From contig MEVX01000006.1 of assembly GCA_001773135.1 (NCBI GenBank), positions 26,515 to 90,514 of the forward strand: a DNA stretch of 64,000 nt. Reading direction: 5' to 3'. Shown here one piece after another: positions 48,124-56,890 of the stretch. Each line of letters opens with the position of its first letter. Within the stretch, counting starts at the first letter, position 1. Source of the stretch: a candidate division WWE3 bacterium RIFOXYB1_FULL_43_24. GTDB taxonomy: Bacteria > Patescibacteriota > WWE3 > UBA101185 > UBA10185. Below the pieces are notes generated by a model. That model made no database searches. It had not been told where the DNA came from and saw only the letters and a program-made list of their open reading frames with translations. A program made the translations under genes and the position numbers.

Positions 48124-49341
48124 CTACAGCTCTTTTGCCAACTCAAGGGCGGCATCCAGCTGAGGATCTTTTAAGTCCTTAATGTCCTGATCGGTGGCTT
48201 CGACGACCACGTCTGGCTCAATACCGACCTTGTGAACCCATACCTTGTCCGGAGTGAGCCATTTAGCGATTGTGATGTGCACACCCGAACCATCTTTGAA
48301 ATCCTTAGCGTCCTGAATAGTTCCTTTTCCGAATGATTTCGTACCGATTAGTTTTGCGTTAACCTGTGATTTTAAGGCTGCCGCCAAAATCTCCGATGCA
48401 GAAGCGCTGCCCCCATCTATTAACACATAAACCCTGGGAACATCCTTAAAACTTCCCGCCGCGTCGGAATTTAAAGGTGTCTGTTTACCTGTAGCGTCCT
48501 CTTCGTACAAAACAGGCTTTCCGCCGAAGAATTCGCTGGAAATATGAGATGCGGAGAGCAGGTATCCTCCCGGATTACCCCTGACATCAATTATTATGGC
48601 GTCTAACTCCCGCATACCCACCGCAATCTCGTTAACGGCAGCATCCCACTCATTGTTTGTCTCTCCGCCAAACCTGCTGATTCTGATATATGCCGTACCG
48701 TCACCCATATCTTTCCAACTTACGCTGGCGATTTTTATAACGTCTCTGCGAAGAGTAATTTCCCGCGGGGCGTCGTTCTCTGTTTGAATTATTAACGATA
48801 TGTCAGTTCCGGCGTCACCTCTAATTTTAGCTACGGCCTCAGTTATACTCATCCCCATCGTAGACTCATCTTCAATAAGCAATATTTTATCCCCCGGCAA
48901 CAAACCTGCTGCCTTAGCCGGAGACCCGTCCAACGGAGAAACTATAATGAGTACGTTATCTTTCTGCCCCAACTCCGCACCGATGCCCTGATATTTTCCA
49001 TCCAACTGCTCGTTAAGGTTCTCATTAATTTCGGGAGGTAAGAAAGAGGTATAGGGGTCTCCCAGAGAAGAAACCATCCCCTGTATAGCACCGTAAAGCA
49101 TTTTTTGGGCGTCCACGGGTCTCTCAAGATAATCTTTACTTACAATGCCCCATACTTCCCAGAAAAGAGAAAAATCTACTTCTTTATCACCTGGGTATTG
49201 GTTTTTAATTTCAACTTTCGGGGGATTCTTTCTGACTTCAAAAATGTAACCACTCTTGCCAAAATAGTAACCTCCGTAAAAAAAGCCTACGGCTATAAGA
49301 ATAGTAATTAAAAAGCGCTGAAATTTCTCGAAAGTACTCAT
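48124..49341 (-). CDS. ctpA: C-terminal processing (S41) peptidase with a PDZ domain
   Basis: IIDVRGNPGGYL and SASASEILA...K are the S41 catalytic Ser/Lys region. A PDZ domain is present. The start was set at MSTFEKF to avoid overlap. Confidence 0.85.
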   Translation of the reverse strand: MSTFEKFQRFLITILIAVGFFYGGYYFGKSGYIFEVRKNPPKVEIKNQYPGDKEVDFSLFWEVWGIVSKDYLERPVDAQKMLYGAIQGMVSSLGDPYTSFLPPEINENLNEQLDGKYQGIGAELGQKDNVLIIVSPLDGSPAKAAGLLPGDKILLIEDESTMGMSITEAVAKIRGDAGTDISLIIQTENDAPREITLRRDVIKIASVSWKDMGDGTAYIRISRFGGETNNEWDAAVNEIAVGMRELDAIIIDVRGNPGGYLLSASHISSEFFGGKPVLYEEDATGKQTPLNSDAAGSFKDVPRVYVLIDGGSASASEILAAALKSQVNAKLIGTKSFGKGTIQDAKDFKDGSGVHITIAKWLTPDKVWVHKVGIEPDVVVEATDQDIKDLKDPQLDAALELAKEL

Positions 49342-49351
49342 AGCTTTTTTG

Positions 49352-50353
49352 CTATTCGATGATGAAAAAATTCGGTAGGTCAATTTCTACGGGACCCAGC
49401 TCATTATCGAACCTTACAAATATACTAGATACTGAAACTCTGTCAATTGTCCCGATTTTCCCGAAGTGTGGTTTCTGCAACACCTGTACTTTTTGTCCCT
49501 TTGTCACTTTCTTAATAACCTTAAGTGGAGTTTTCTTCTTTTTTGAGGAGACAGTTTCTTCTTCTACCCCGGACATCGGAATGCGCAAAACACCCAGATC
49601 TCCGTGAAAAAACACATGCCTGTAGGCCACGGAATTGAACAATTTATAAACAAAGTCGGGAGTTTCAAGTTTTCCGAAACCCGACACTACGCCAAGACCG
49701 ATATTAGCCGATTTTGCGAAAGAAAACCCTACGGGATCGGCACTTCCCGCGACAATAGCTGATATCTTAAGGTCGCGGGCTTTCTTTATGGTATCCAAAT
49801 CGGCATAATGGCCGACATATACAATTTTACCCTCTGTGGACTTCACAAAACTTTCCAAATAAAACTTCTCCAGTATCTCCGTAGGATTCGGAAAAACTAC
49901 CAGTTCGCCGAATGAAAAATTAGGTGTACACGCTACAAGGTCAACCTCTGCGACAACTGTCTTGATCAAAACCGAGCTTTCGGGAATTACATCACTCACC
50001 TCTCCCCAGAGACCGGAAAGCAGAGTAAATTTTACAGGCATATCTTCGTAAAAATATTCTCCCGATACTTCATCGAAACTCATATAACCGTTCTCATCTG
50101 CTGTGACCTTTTTTGCTCCAATCTTTCCAATTAAACTACCTTTTTGGAAGTAAACTTTTTCGCGCAAAAATTTTACCGGTTCGAACTCTTTTGGGAAGTA
50201 AACGGTATTCGGAGAGTGCATACAATCCCCGAGTTTTTGAAAAGGCTCCAGTATGTCACCTTTTTGAACAAATAAATTACCCTTACTAGGTAAATACCTC
50301 TCTATCATAACCGTTTTATTTTGTATTATTTTTCTTAAAACCGGGGCTAACAT
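49352..50353 (-). CDS. Hypothetical protein (about 333 aa), unknown function
   Basis: A long ORF, tightly packed against the next gene (2 bp gap to 50356). The C-terminus is Lys-rich (SSKKKKTPLKVIKKVTKGQKVQVLQKPHFGKIG). No motif was recognised. Confidence 0.45.
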   Translation of the reverse strand: MLAPVLRKIIQNKTVMIERYLPSKGNLFVQKGDILEPFQKLGDCMHSPNTVYFPKEFEPVKFLREKVYFQKGSLIGKIGAKKVTADENGYMSFDEVSGEYFYEDMPVKFTLLSGLWGEVSDVIPESSVLIKTVVAEVDLVACTPNFSFGELVVFPNPTEILEKFYLESFVKSTEGKIVYVGHYADLDTIKKARDLKISAIVAGSADPVGFSFAKSANIGLGVVSGFGKLETPDFVYKLFNSVAYRHVFFHGDLGVLRIPMSGVEEETVSSKKKKTPLKVIKKVTKGQKVQVLQKPHFGKIGTIDRVSVSSIFVRFDNELGPVEIDLPNFFIIE

Positions 50354-50355
50354 GG

Positions 50356-51357
50356 TTAAATACCCTTTACGGCCTCCTCTATTTCCCTCATAAAGGCGTT
50401 CATTATCTTTATGTCAGATATAAGCTGGTGACGTTCTTCACGTGTGTCAAAAAGAAGACCCAAAGTTCCCCCTACTACCCCACCTTCAAGGTTGCCTATA
50501 GATTTATTTTTTACACTGAGCTTAGTAATTATGGAATTATCCAGTGGAACCGCAAAAACGGAATTTTTTTCTATATCAAAAAACTGTCCGGTATCCAAAA
50601 CTGTTGAAAGCAGAACTTCAGTGTCCCCGGGAACTATGGCGAAAGTACCTACTTCTTCAATAACCTTGGATGTATCCACATTTATGTTGGGGTTATATTC
50701 CTTTATTAGCTGAGACAGGAGAGTTGCGTTGTTTTTGTCGATTTTTACGTAGTAATAACCGGGGTTGCTGAAAAGATCCAACGCCAGAGAGTATTTAAAC
50801 ACGGGCTCAAAATCCCGGCGGGCAAAACGGTCCCCTGTAAATAATACGGGCTTGTCTGATGTAAGGCTGGTTCCCGCTTTTTTAACCTTATCTATTATCA
50901 AACCGTCGAGGCTTACCTGGTCGTTGTAATCCCTCGTTATAAGCTGGGGATAAATAGAAATATTCGCGAAATGTTCATTTTTTGTTAAAAATTCGATGGG
51001 AACCTGGGAAAGCACCACATCTTTGGTGAGTACTGTAACCTCATCTACTAACACGGGAAAATTCTCCTCGTGTTTGGAAAGGAGGTCCCGTACATCCGCC
51101 ATCAATTTTATATCCAGGTCCGGTAAAGGAAAATTTACAAAACCGGTCATGAGCAGGTCGAAATCGGCAAGTTTTGCCTTGTTTTCCTTAGCAATGCCCT
51201 CCAATACCTGCGTGTAAAAACCGTTTTCGTCGCAAACACTTGAAAAAAGTTCACGGGAATAAGAATAGGGGAATCTTTGGAAATCGAATGACCCGTCCGG
51301 CTTTTCCAGAGCAACACTAACACCTGAATATCCAATATAGGCAGCTAAAACGGGCAT
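50356..51357 (-). CDS. Hypothetical protein (333 aa); possible divergent actin-like (ASKHA) fold
   Basis: The N-terminus PVLAAYIGYSGVSVALEK resembles an ASKHA phosphate-1 motif. VLFTGDRFA and EGGVVGGTLGLL are possible phosphate-2 and adenosine motifs. This is a weak by-eye call. Confidence 0.35.
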   Translation of the reverse strand: MPVLAAYIGYSGVSVALEKPDGSFDFQRFPYSYSRELFSSVCDENGFYTQVLEGIAKENKAKLADFDLLMTGFVNFPLPDLDIKLMADVRDLLSKHEENFPVLVDEVTVLTKDVVLSQVPIEFLTKNEHFANISIYPQLITRDYNDQVSLDGLIIDKVKKAGTSLTSDKPVLFTGDRFARRDFEPVFKYSLALDLFSNPGYYYVKIDKNNATLLSQLIKEYNPNINVDTSKVIEEVGTFAIVPGDTEVLLSTVLDTGQFFDIEKNSVFAVPLDNSIITKLSVKNKSIGNLEGGVVGGTLGLLFDTREERHQLISDIKIMNAFMREIEEAVKGI

Positions 51358-51369
51358 GAATATATAGTA

Positions 51370-51627
51370 TCAGATGGCGTGTCTATCTGTATACTGGATA
51401 AGCCCCATATATCTGGCTTTTTTGACTTCCTGGGCAAGCTTTCTTTGGTGTCTGGATGTCAGTCCGGAATACTTTTGGGGGATAATCTTACCCCTGTCAC
51501 TGATAAATCTTCTCAAAACCAGCGCTTCTTTGTAATCAGGCGTGGTTCCTGTTTGCGTAAAGTAGCACTCGGTGTTTCTTTTCGGTTTTCTTATTGATTT
51601 TGTGTTCGTTTTTTTCTTTATTGGCAT
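51370..51627 (-). CDS. rpsR: 30S ribosomal protein S18
   Basis: Contains ...DYKEALVLRRFISDRGKIIPQKYSGLTSRHQRKLAQEVKKARYMGLIQYTDRH, the canonical S18 core. Confidence 0.9.
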   Translation of the reverse strand: MPIKKKTNTKSIRKPKRNTECYFTQTGTTPDYKEALVLRRFISDRGKIIPQKYSGLTSRHQRKLAQEVKKARYMGLIQYTDRHAI

Positions 51628-51673
51628 ATCTTTGTAACCAAGCCCCTGCCGGGCAGGGGCCCGAATTTCTCAA

Positions 51674-52126
51674 TTAATTGGATGAATCAAGATCTCCCAA
51701 ATCTATATCGTCAAGGTTGATTTCTTCTCCCATGCTACTGCCTGTTACGAAATCTTCGTCTGAAGCTTCTTCCTCGCCCTCTACACCATCTTTCTTAGGT
51801 GAAAGTATGATCATGTCGTCAATTATAACTTCGGTCTTGTATCTCTTTTTGCCGTCGTCGCCGGTCCAGTCTCTGGTCTGAAGTCTGCCTTCAACATAAA
51901 CTTTGGTGCCCTTTTTAAGGAGCTGTCCGCAGATTTCGGCCAATTTATTCCAGGCTACGATGTTGTGAAAATCAACGGATTGTTTCTTTTCACCCTGCGT
52001 GACCCATTCTCTGTTGGTGGCCACTACAAAACTTGCTACAGCATTGCCCTGAGGAGTGTATCTCATCTCAGGATCTCTCGTGAGGTTACCTATGAGTATT
52101 ACCTTGTTCAGGTTTCTTGATGCCAT
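51674..52126 (-). CDS. ssb: Single-stranded DNA-binding protein
   Basis: The protein begins MASRNLNKVILIGNLTRDPEMRYTPQGNAVASFVVATNREW (OB fold) and has an acidic C-terminal tail DDIDLGDLD. Confidence 0.9.
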   Translation of the reverse strand: MASRNLNKVILIGNLTRDPEMRYTPQGNAVASFVVATNREWVTQGEKKQSVDFHNIVAWNKLAEICGQLLKKGTKVYVEGRLQTRDWTGDDGKKRYKTEVIIDDMIILSPKKDGVEGEEEASDEDFVTGSSMGEEINLDDIDLGDLDSSN

Positions 52127-52139
52127 ATACCTCCAAATG

Positions 52140-52424
52140 TCAGCTCTGAGCTGTAATTAAATACCTAAAGACACCGTTCATTAACTTAAGTTTAGTTTCA
52201 AATTTTTTGAGTTTTGAGGGATCGATCTCGAAGTTTATTACCTCGTAAAAACCTTCTCTCTGCTTATTCATCTCGTATGCGAACTTTCTCTTTCCCCAAA
52301 AATTAGAGGCAGTTACTTTGCCCCCGTTAGAATCAATGTTTTCCTGAACTTTGGAAGAAAGCTCTTTAGCTCCCTCTTCACCAAGCTCCAGTTTATAAAT
52401 ATTCATTATTTCGTATTGCTTCAT
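52140..52424 (-). CDS. rpsF: 30S ribosomal protein S6
   Basis: The protein begins MKQYEIMNIYKLELGEE and is 94 aa. It is the first gene of the rpsF-ssb-rpsR arrangement. Confidence 0.85.
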   Translation of the reverse strand: MKQYEIMNIYKLELGEEGAKELSSKVQENIDSNGGKVTASNFWGKRKFAYEMNKQREGFYEVINFEIDPSKLKKFETKLKLMNGVFRYLITAQS

Positions 52425-52564
52425 ATGTTTAGATAATTTCCTTCGTCAACGAGTCTATTATATACATTATGGTTTGGGTGTCTACCAAAGACGTCTAATG
52501 TAACTAGAATCATTTGAGCTTATGAATAGTACAAAAAAAGTGCCTTTTGCGCAAGGGGGTCGGC

Positions 52565-53680
52565 TCAAACACTAAAATTAAACTCAACCACATCGCCATC
52601 CCGCATCGTATAATTCTTGCCCTCAAGCCTCACCAAACCCTTTTCTCTGGCTTTTTTAAGGCTCTCCAAAGGCTTTAGATCGTTGTAACTGACTATTTCG
52701 GCTGATATAAACCCCCTTTCAAAATCCGTGTGGATTTTACCCGCCGCCTGAGGTGCTTTGTCACCCTTCGTATAAGTCCAGGCTCTTACTTCCTTAGGTC
52801 CCATAGTGAGAAAGGACTCGAGGTTAAGTAGCTCATATCCTTTTCGGATCAGACGGTCGAGGCCGGGCTCGGTTATTCCTATTTCTTTCATATAGGATTG
52901 CCTCTCATTTTCGTCAAATTCCGCAAGTTCCGACTCAATTTTTGCACAAATTCTTAAACTGCCCTTACCTAATATTGTTATATTCTGGGTATCCTGAGTG
53001 CTCAATTTTGTCTCATCCGTGTTTAGTACAATTATCATTGGTTTAAGAGTTAATAAATTTAGGTCTTTTATCATAATTTCGTCTTCTTTTTCAAGGTTTA
53101 ACGAGATTGCTAGCTCTCCCCTATTGAGAGTCTCATGTACTTTTGTAATAACCTGTAGCCTACGCTGGGAGTCAGGATCTTTTGCCAGTTTTAATTCTTT
53201 TTCTAGGATGGGAATCTTCTTGTCCAAAGATTGGAGATCGGCAAGAATCAGTTCTGTGTTTATAGTTCCAACGTCTTCTTCGGGACTGGTCGCCCCCGCT
53301 CTTATTACATTTTCATCGGTAAAGTCCCGGACAACCTGCACTATGGCGTCTACACCGCGTATATGACCGAGGAACTCGTTGCCGAGACCCTCACCCTGTG
53401 AGGCACCTTTGACCAAACCGGCAATGTCGTAGAACTGTACAACAGCAGGGATTATTTTTTCAGGGATTTGCCTGTCGCCGGCTTTGTTGCCGTAATCATT
53501 TCTAACGAACTGGGCAAGGATGTTCAGACGCGGGTCAGGGACATCCACTATACCTGTGTTAGGCTCGATGGTGGCAAAGGGATAGTTTGCCGCGAGTGCG
53601 GCCTGACGCTTAAGAAGGGCGTTAAATAATGTGGATTTGCCAACGTTAGGTAAACCGACAATTCCGACGGATAGTGACAT
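52565..53680 (-). CDS. ychF: Ribosome-binding ATPase YchF (Obg-family GTPase with TGS domain)
   Basis: The G1 motif is GIVGLPNVGKSTLFNAL. A C-terminal TGS domain is present (VRAWTYTKGDKAPQAAGKIHTDFERGFI...DGDVVEF). Confidence 0.9.
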   Translation of the reverse strand: MSLSVGIVGLPNVGKSTLFNALLKRQAALAANYPFATIEPNTGIVDVPDPRLNILAQFVRNDYGNKAGDRQIPEKIIPAVVQFYDIAGLVKGASQGEGLGNEFLGHIRGVDAIVQVVRDFTDENVIRAGATSPEEDVGTINTELILADLQSLDKKIPILEKELKLAKDPDSQRRLQVITKVHETLNRGELAISLNLEKEDEIMIKDLNLLTLKPMIIVLNTDETKLSTQDTQNITILGKGSLRICAKIESELAEFDENERQSYMKEIGITEPGLDRLIRKGYELLNLESFLTMGPKEVRAWTYTKGDKAPQAAGKIHTDFERGFISAEIVSYNDLKPLESLKKAREKGLVRLEGKNYTMRDGDVVEFNFSV

Positions 53681-53728
53681 ATGGGGTGATTATATAGGGC
53701 TTATGTGAATTTGGAAACAAATCCGGGC

Positions 53729-53781
53729 AAAAAAATCCCCCGCTAAAAACCTAAAAATAAGTTTATTGCGGGGGGGGGGGG
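53729..53781 (-). terminator. Candidate intrinsic terminator on the minus strand incorporating a G12/C12 homopolymer
   Basis: The minus strand reads C12-GCAATAAACTTATTTTTAGGTTTTTAGCGGGGG-ATTTTTTT. The stem CCCCCGC/GCGGGGG is followed by a U7 run after the gene ending at 53809. The plus-strand G12 tract spans 53770-53781. Confidence 0.35.
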
Positions 53782-53808
53782 TAAAGGACCTGCTTGAGAA
53801 GTTTTATT

Positions 53809-54090
53809 TTACGTAAGTCTTTTCAAAACAGGACCAAAATCCATAGGGGCTAGCTTTTCATCCTCTTTCTTGAGCTTTTCGATTCTGCTCCAAAAAATCT
53901 CTTTGGAAATTGGAACCAGCTCGGGAAGACAAACTCCAGTGATACCAAAGACAGCACCATTCGCCTCTTCTAAAGTATTGAAAACCTTGATCAGGGGCGG
54001 TTCGTACCTGGTTACTGCTACAATCACCACCTTGCCGACAAACTCAGAAATCTGTACAAGGTAGGCCACCAGATAGCTTTTTTGTGGCAT
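53809..54090 (-). CDS. Hypothetical protein (93 aa)
   Basis: ORF only, with no recognised motif. Confidence 0.35.
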   Translation of the reverse strand: MPQKSYLVAYLVQISEFVGKVVIVAVTRYEPPLIKVFNTLEEANGAVFGITGVCLPELVPISKEIFWSRIEKLKKEDEKLAPMDFGPVLKRLT

Positions 54091-54121
54091 TTTCCTCTCC
54101 TTTACCCTATAGTGATGTGGA

Positions 54122-54829
54122 TTATAACCTACTTACGGTTCTTTGTAAACGTTCCTCTTTATAATCGGAAACCATGCCCTTTATGGCTTCGATGACCTTG
54201 TTCTGGTCTTCTATCGCCCCTAAAGACGCGTTGCTCAACGTATTGTAGTTTATATTTAGAACACGTGGACCACCGTTTTTTTCTTTCGCCCATTTTTTGG
54301 CCAGTATTTCCGGGTTGGTAGATACTGTCAGGTCCACAAGAAGCCATTCTTTGTCCCCCCAGGAAAGTGCAAAATCCCCGGTACCTTTGAAATCTTCAAG
54401 AGCTGAGATTCTAGCGACATAAACTTTTCCGGGCATTCTGACTATATTTTCATGCCCTTCCCAGTCAACCACGGATACAACAGGCACTTTTGACAAATAT
54501 TCGAGTAGTCTTTTCTCACCTTCGTGCCCAAACTCAACCCGCCACTCGTTCAATTGCTGCTCTGTCGGGCCTTTTTTTTCCCTTATTTGTGCCCTCACCC
54601 TCTTTTCTTCTTGTTCCTTTTCTGTAAGTTTACTTGAACGCTCTTTTGCTTCGAACCGGGATTTTTTGCGGCGGCCTTCCTGCTCCTCAATCATGCTTTG
54701 GATCATTTCCCGGGGATCGGGTTTCGAAGGAGCTGAAGCGGGGGCTATTGAAGATATTTTTTCTTCTACCGGTTTTTCTGTATCCGCGACGGCTGCTTGC
54801 TCAGTATAACTTTCCAAGCCAATTTCCAT
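54122..54829 (-). CDS. Hypothetical protein with a charged coiled-coil N-terminal region
   Basis: The start is taken at MEIGLESY. A Glu/Lys/Arg-rich segment (EKEQEEKRVRAQIREKK) is followed by a globular C-terminal domain. No motif was recognised. Confidence 0.4.
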   Translation of the reverse strand: MEIGLESYTEQAAVADTEKPVEEKISSIAPASAPSKPDPREMIQSMIEEQEGRRKKSRFEAKERSSKLTEKEQEEKRVRAQIREKKGPTEQQLNEWRVEFGHEGEKRLLEYLSKVPVVSVVDWEGHENIVRMPGKVYVARISALEDFKGTGDFALSWGDKEWLLVDLTVSTNPEILAKKWAKEKNGGPRVLNINYNTLSNASLGAIEDQNKVIEAIKGMVSDYKEERLQRTVSRL

Positions 54830-54929
54830 ATATATACAGTAAACAACCCTCACACGTTTTACAAGCCCGTACCAAAATTTAAGGATAAATCATTGCACCA
54901 TAAACCGCCCTAAACTATCATATACGTAG

Positions 54930-56861
54930 ATGAATTTTAGAAAGACTGCCCTAGCCGTAATACTATTACCTTTGCTCTTTATCTCAGTGTCACAACAATC
55001 CGTTTATGCTAGCAAAACACCGCCTTACACGACCCTAACTAAGACACCCGCACTTCCAAATGGGCTAAATGACTGGTATATAACTCCCGTCAACATCATC
55101 CTCGCGGCAACCGACCTTGACAGCGGTGTGGGCTCGATAAATTACAAGATAGATTCCGGAAATTGGGTCACAGTAACAAAATCCGACACCCTTAATCTTG
55201 CACCGAACCCTTCTTTTGAGGTTGCCGGCTCAGGCTCATCCATAAACACGCTGTATTGGGAAGCCGGGTTGCAGGACGGTCAAACCGTGTATAGCAGAAA
55301 TACTCTAAATTATGTGTTTGATGCAACATCAATAAAAATCAACTCCTCGGGCACTGGTTGGCACTCAATTAATCACGCTGTCAGTTACTCGGCGGCCAAT
55401 CCTCTCAGCAACATGAACGCCGAAGTCTGGCTGAAAACAGAATCCGCACTGGGCAGCGCTTATTTTAAAATGTTTGCAGTGTCTAAAGATATAAACGACA
55501 ACTTTGTTTACACAGAACTGGGGCAAAGTACCGCTATAAACGGCACTACTACCTGGACAAAGGTAACCGAAGCCTTTGTTGTCAGTGTGCCGGATGCGAT
55601 AGGTGTGTACATGGAAGTCGGACTTGAGGGAGCCGGAATTTTGTATATAGACGGAGCTACGATAAATAATGCCCTAAAATCGGCCGACACATCCTTCACA
55701 GTATCAACGGACGGTAACCATATTATTTCTTATTACTCAGTCGACCGCTCGGGAAATATAGAACCGACACGAACTGAATCATTCAAAATAGACCAGTCTC
55801 CACCAACCAATTGGCGTAACTCCAATGCATACAGAGGTCTTATCGGGCCGAGCGACCACCACCTTTATGTAACAACTATGGTTGACGATTTAACATCGGG
55901 CCTATCTACCCTGACCGACAAATTCCAATATCACACAGACAGAAATCCGGAGTTTGGTACTTATTCTGACTTGATGCAATGCTCAAGTGGTTGGGAAGCA
56001 AATACTTGGGCTCCTCTCATATCACCGCCCTTTGTTCCCGGAACTACAACTGTCACACTATTAACTCCTAAAACGGATTTTTGCGACAGTAACTGGAAAA
56101 TCTGCAAAACCGTAAGGTTTTACGCCGAAGACTTAGCCGGGAATTCATCCATCAAAGACCTTTGTATTAACGGCCCGTGGATCAAACTACGTGGCGGTGG
56201 GCTGGCAGGAAGTAGGCTGGGAATAAACATGCTGTCAGAATCAAGCGACAATAATACCGACAGCGTGATCGAAGCCGGAAACAATAATGTAAGTTTTTTT
56301 ACAAGTACAGAAGGTTGGGTCGTAAAAAATAACATAAGTGTAAAAGATTCTAACTACCTTGAGATTATGAGCTCAGCTAGAACTCCTGTCGAAATATTTA
56401 GTACACTCCCGATCACAGACGGGGTTTACATTAAAAACGGTGATTTTACAATCAGCACTACCAGTCTTCCCAAAGATTACGGCACTTCTACATTTAAACA
56501 GATTGTTTTCGTGAACGGCAATCTAAGATTCGATAAAGAAATCGTACTGGCACCATCCTCTGCCGTTTTATTCGTAGTCTCCGGAAATGTAGAAATCAGG
56601 AAAACCGTCAGCGAAATAAACTGCGCTATCCACGCAGACGGTACTTTTTATACCGCATACGACACCACCGAGGGTGATCAAACGGGAACATTACGGTTAA
56701 GGGGTGTTTTCGTAGCGGATAAGTTTATTTTTCAGAGAACTTTGCAGGGAACGGATAATGTTGAGGACCCGTCCGAAGACTTTACTTACGAACCGAAGTA
56801 CGGAAACCTACTAAGAGAATATGTGGGAATAAATGCTGTCAGGTGGCTGTCGACTGAATAA
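54930..56861 (+). CDS. Secreted 643 aa protein with an N-terminal CBM4/9-like beta-sandwich module
   Basis: The signal peptide is MNFRKTALAVILLPLLFISVSQQSVYA. NPSFEVAGSGSS...WEAG...W resembles carbohydrate-binding-module (CBM_4_9 type) signatures. The remainder is beta-rich and unrecognised. Confidence 0.55.
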   Translation: MNFRKTALAVILLPLLFISVSQQSVYASKTPPYTTLTKTPALPNGLNDWYITPVNIILAATDLDSGVGSINYKIDSGNWVTVTKSDTLNLAPNPSFEVAGSGSSINTLYWEAGLQDGQTVYSRNTLNYVFDATSIKINSSGTGWHSINHAVSYSAANPLSNMNAEVWLKTESALGSAYFKMFAVSKDINDNFVYTELGQSTAINGTTTWTKVTEAFVVSVPDAIGVYMEVGLEGAGILYIDGATINNALKSADTSFTVSTDGNHIISYYSVDRSGNIEPTRTESFKIDQSPPTNWRNSNAYRGLIGPSDHHLYVTTMVDDLTSGLSTLTDKFQYHTDRNPEFGTYSDLMQCSSGWEANTWAPLISPPFVPGTTTVTLLTPKTDFCDSNWKICKTVRFYAEDLAGNSSIKDLCINGPWIKLRGGGLAGSRLGINMLSESSDNNTDSVIEAGNNNVSFFTSTEGWVVKNNISVKDSNYLEIMSSARTPVEIFSTLPITDGVYIKNGDFTISTTSLPKDYGTSTFKQIVFVNGNLRFDKEIVLAPSSAVLFVVSGNVEIRKTVSEINCAIHADGTFYTAYDTTEGDQTGTLRLRGVFVADKFIFQRTLQGTDNVEDPSEDFTYEPKYGNLLREYVGINAVRWLSTE

Positions 56862-56890
56862 AAAAGGCGGTACAAATACTCACTTTTCTG

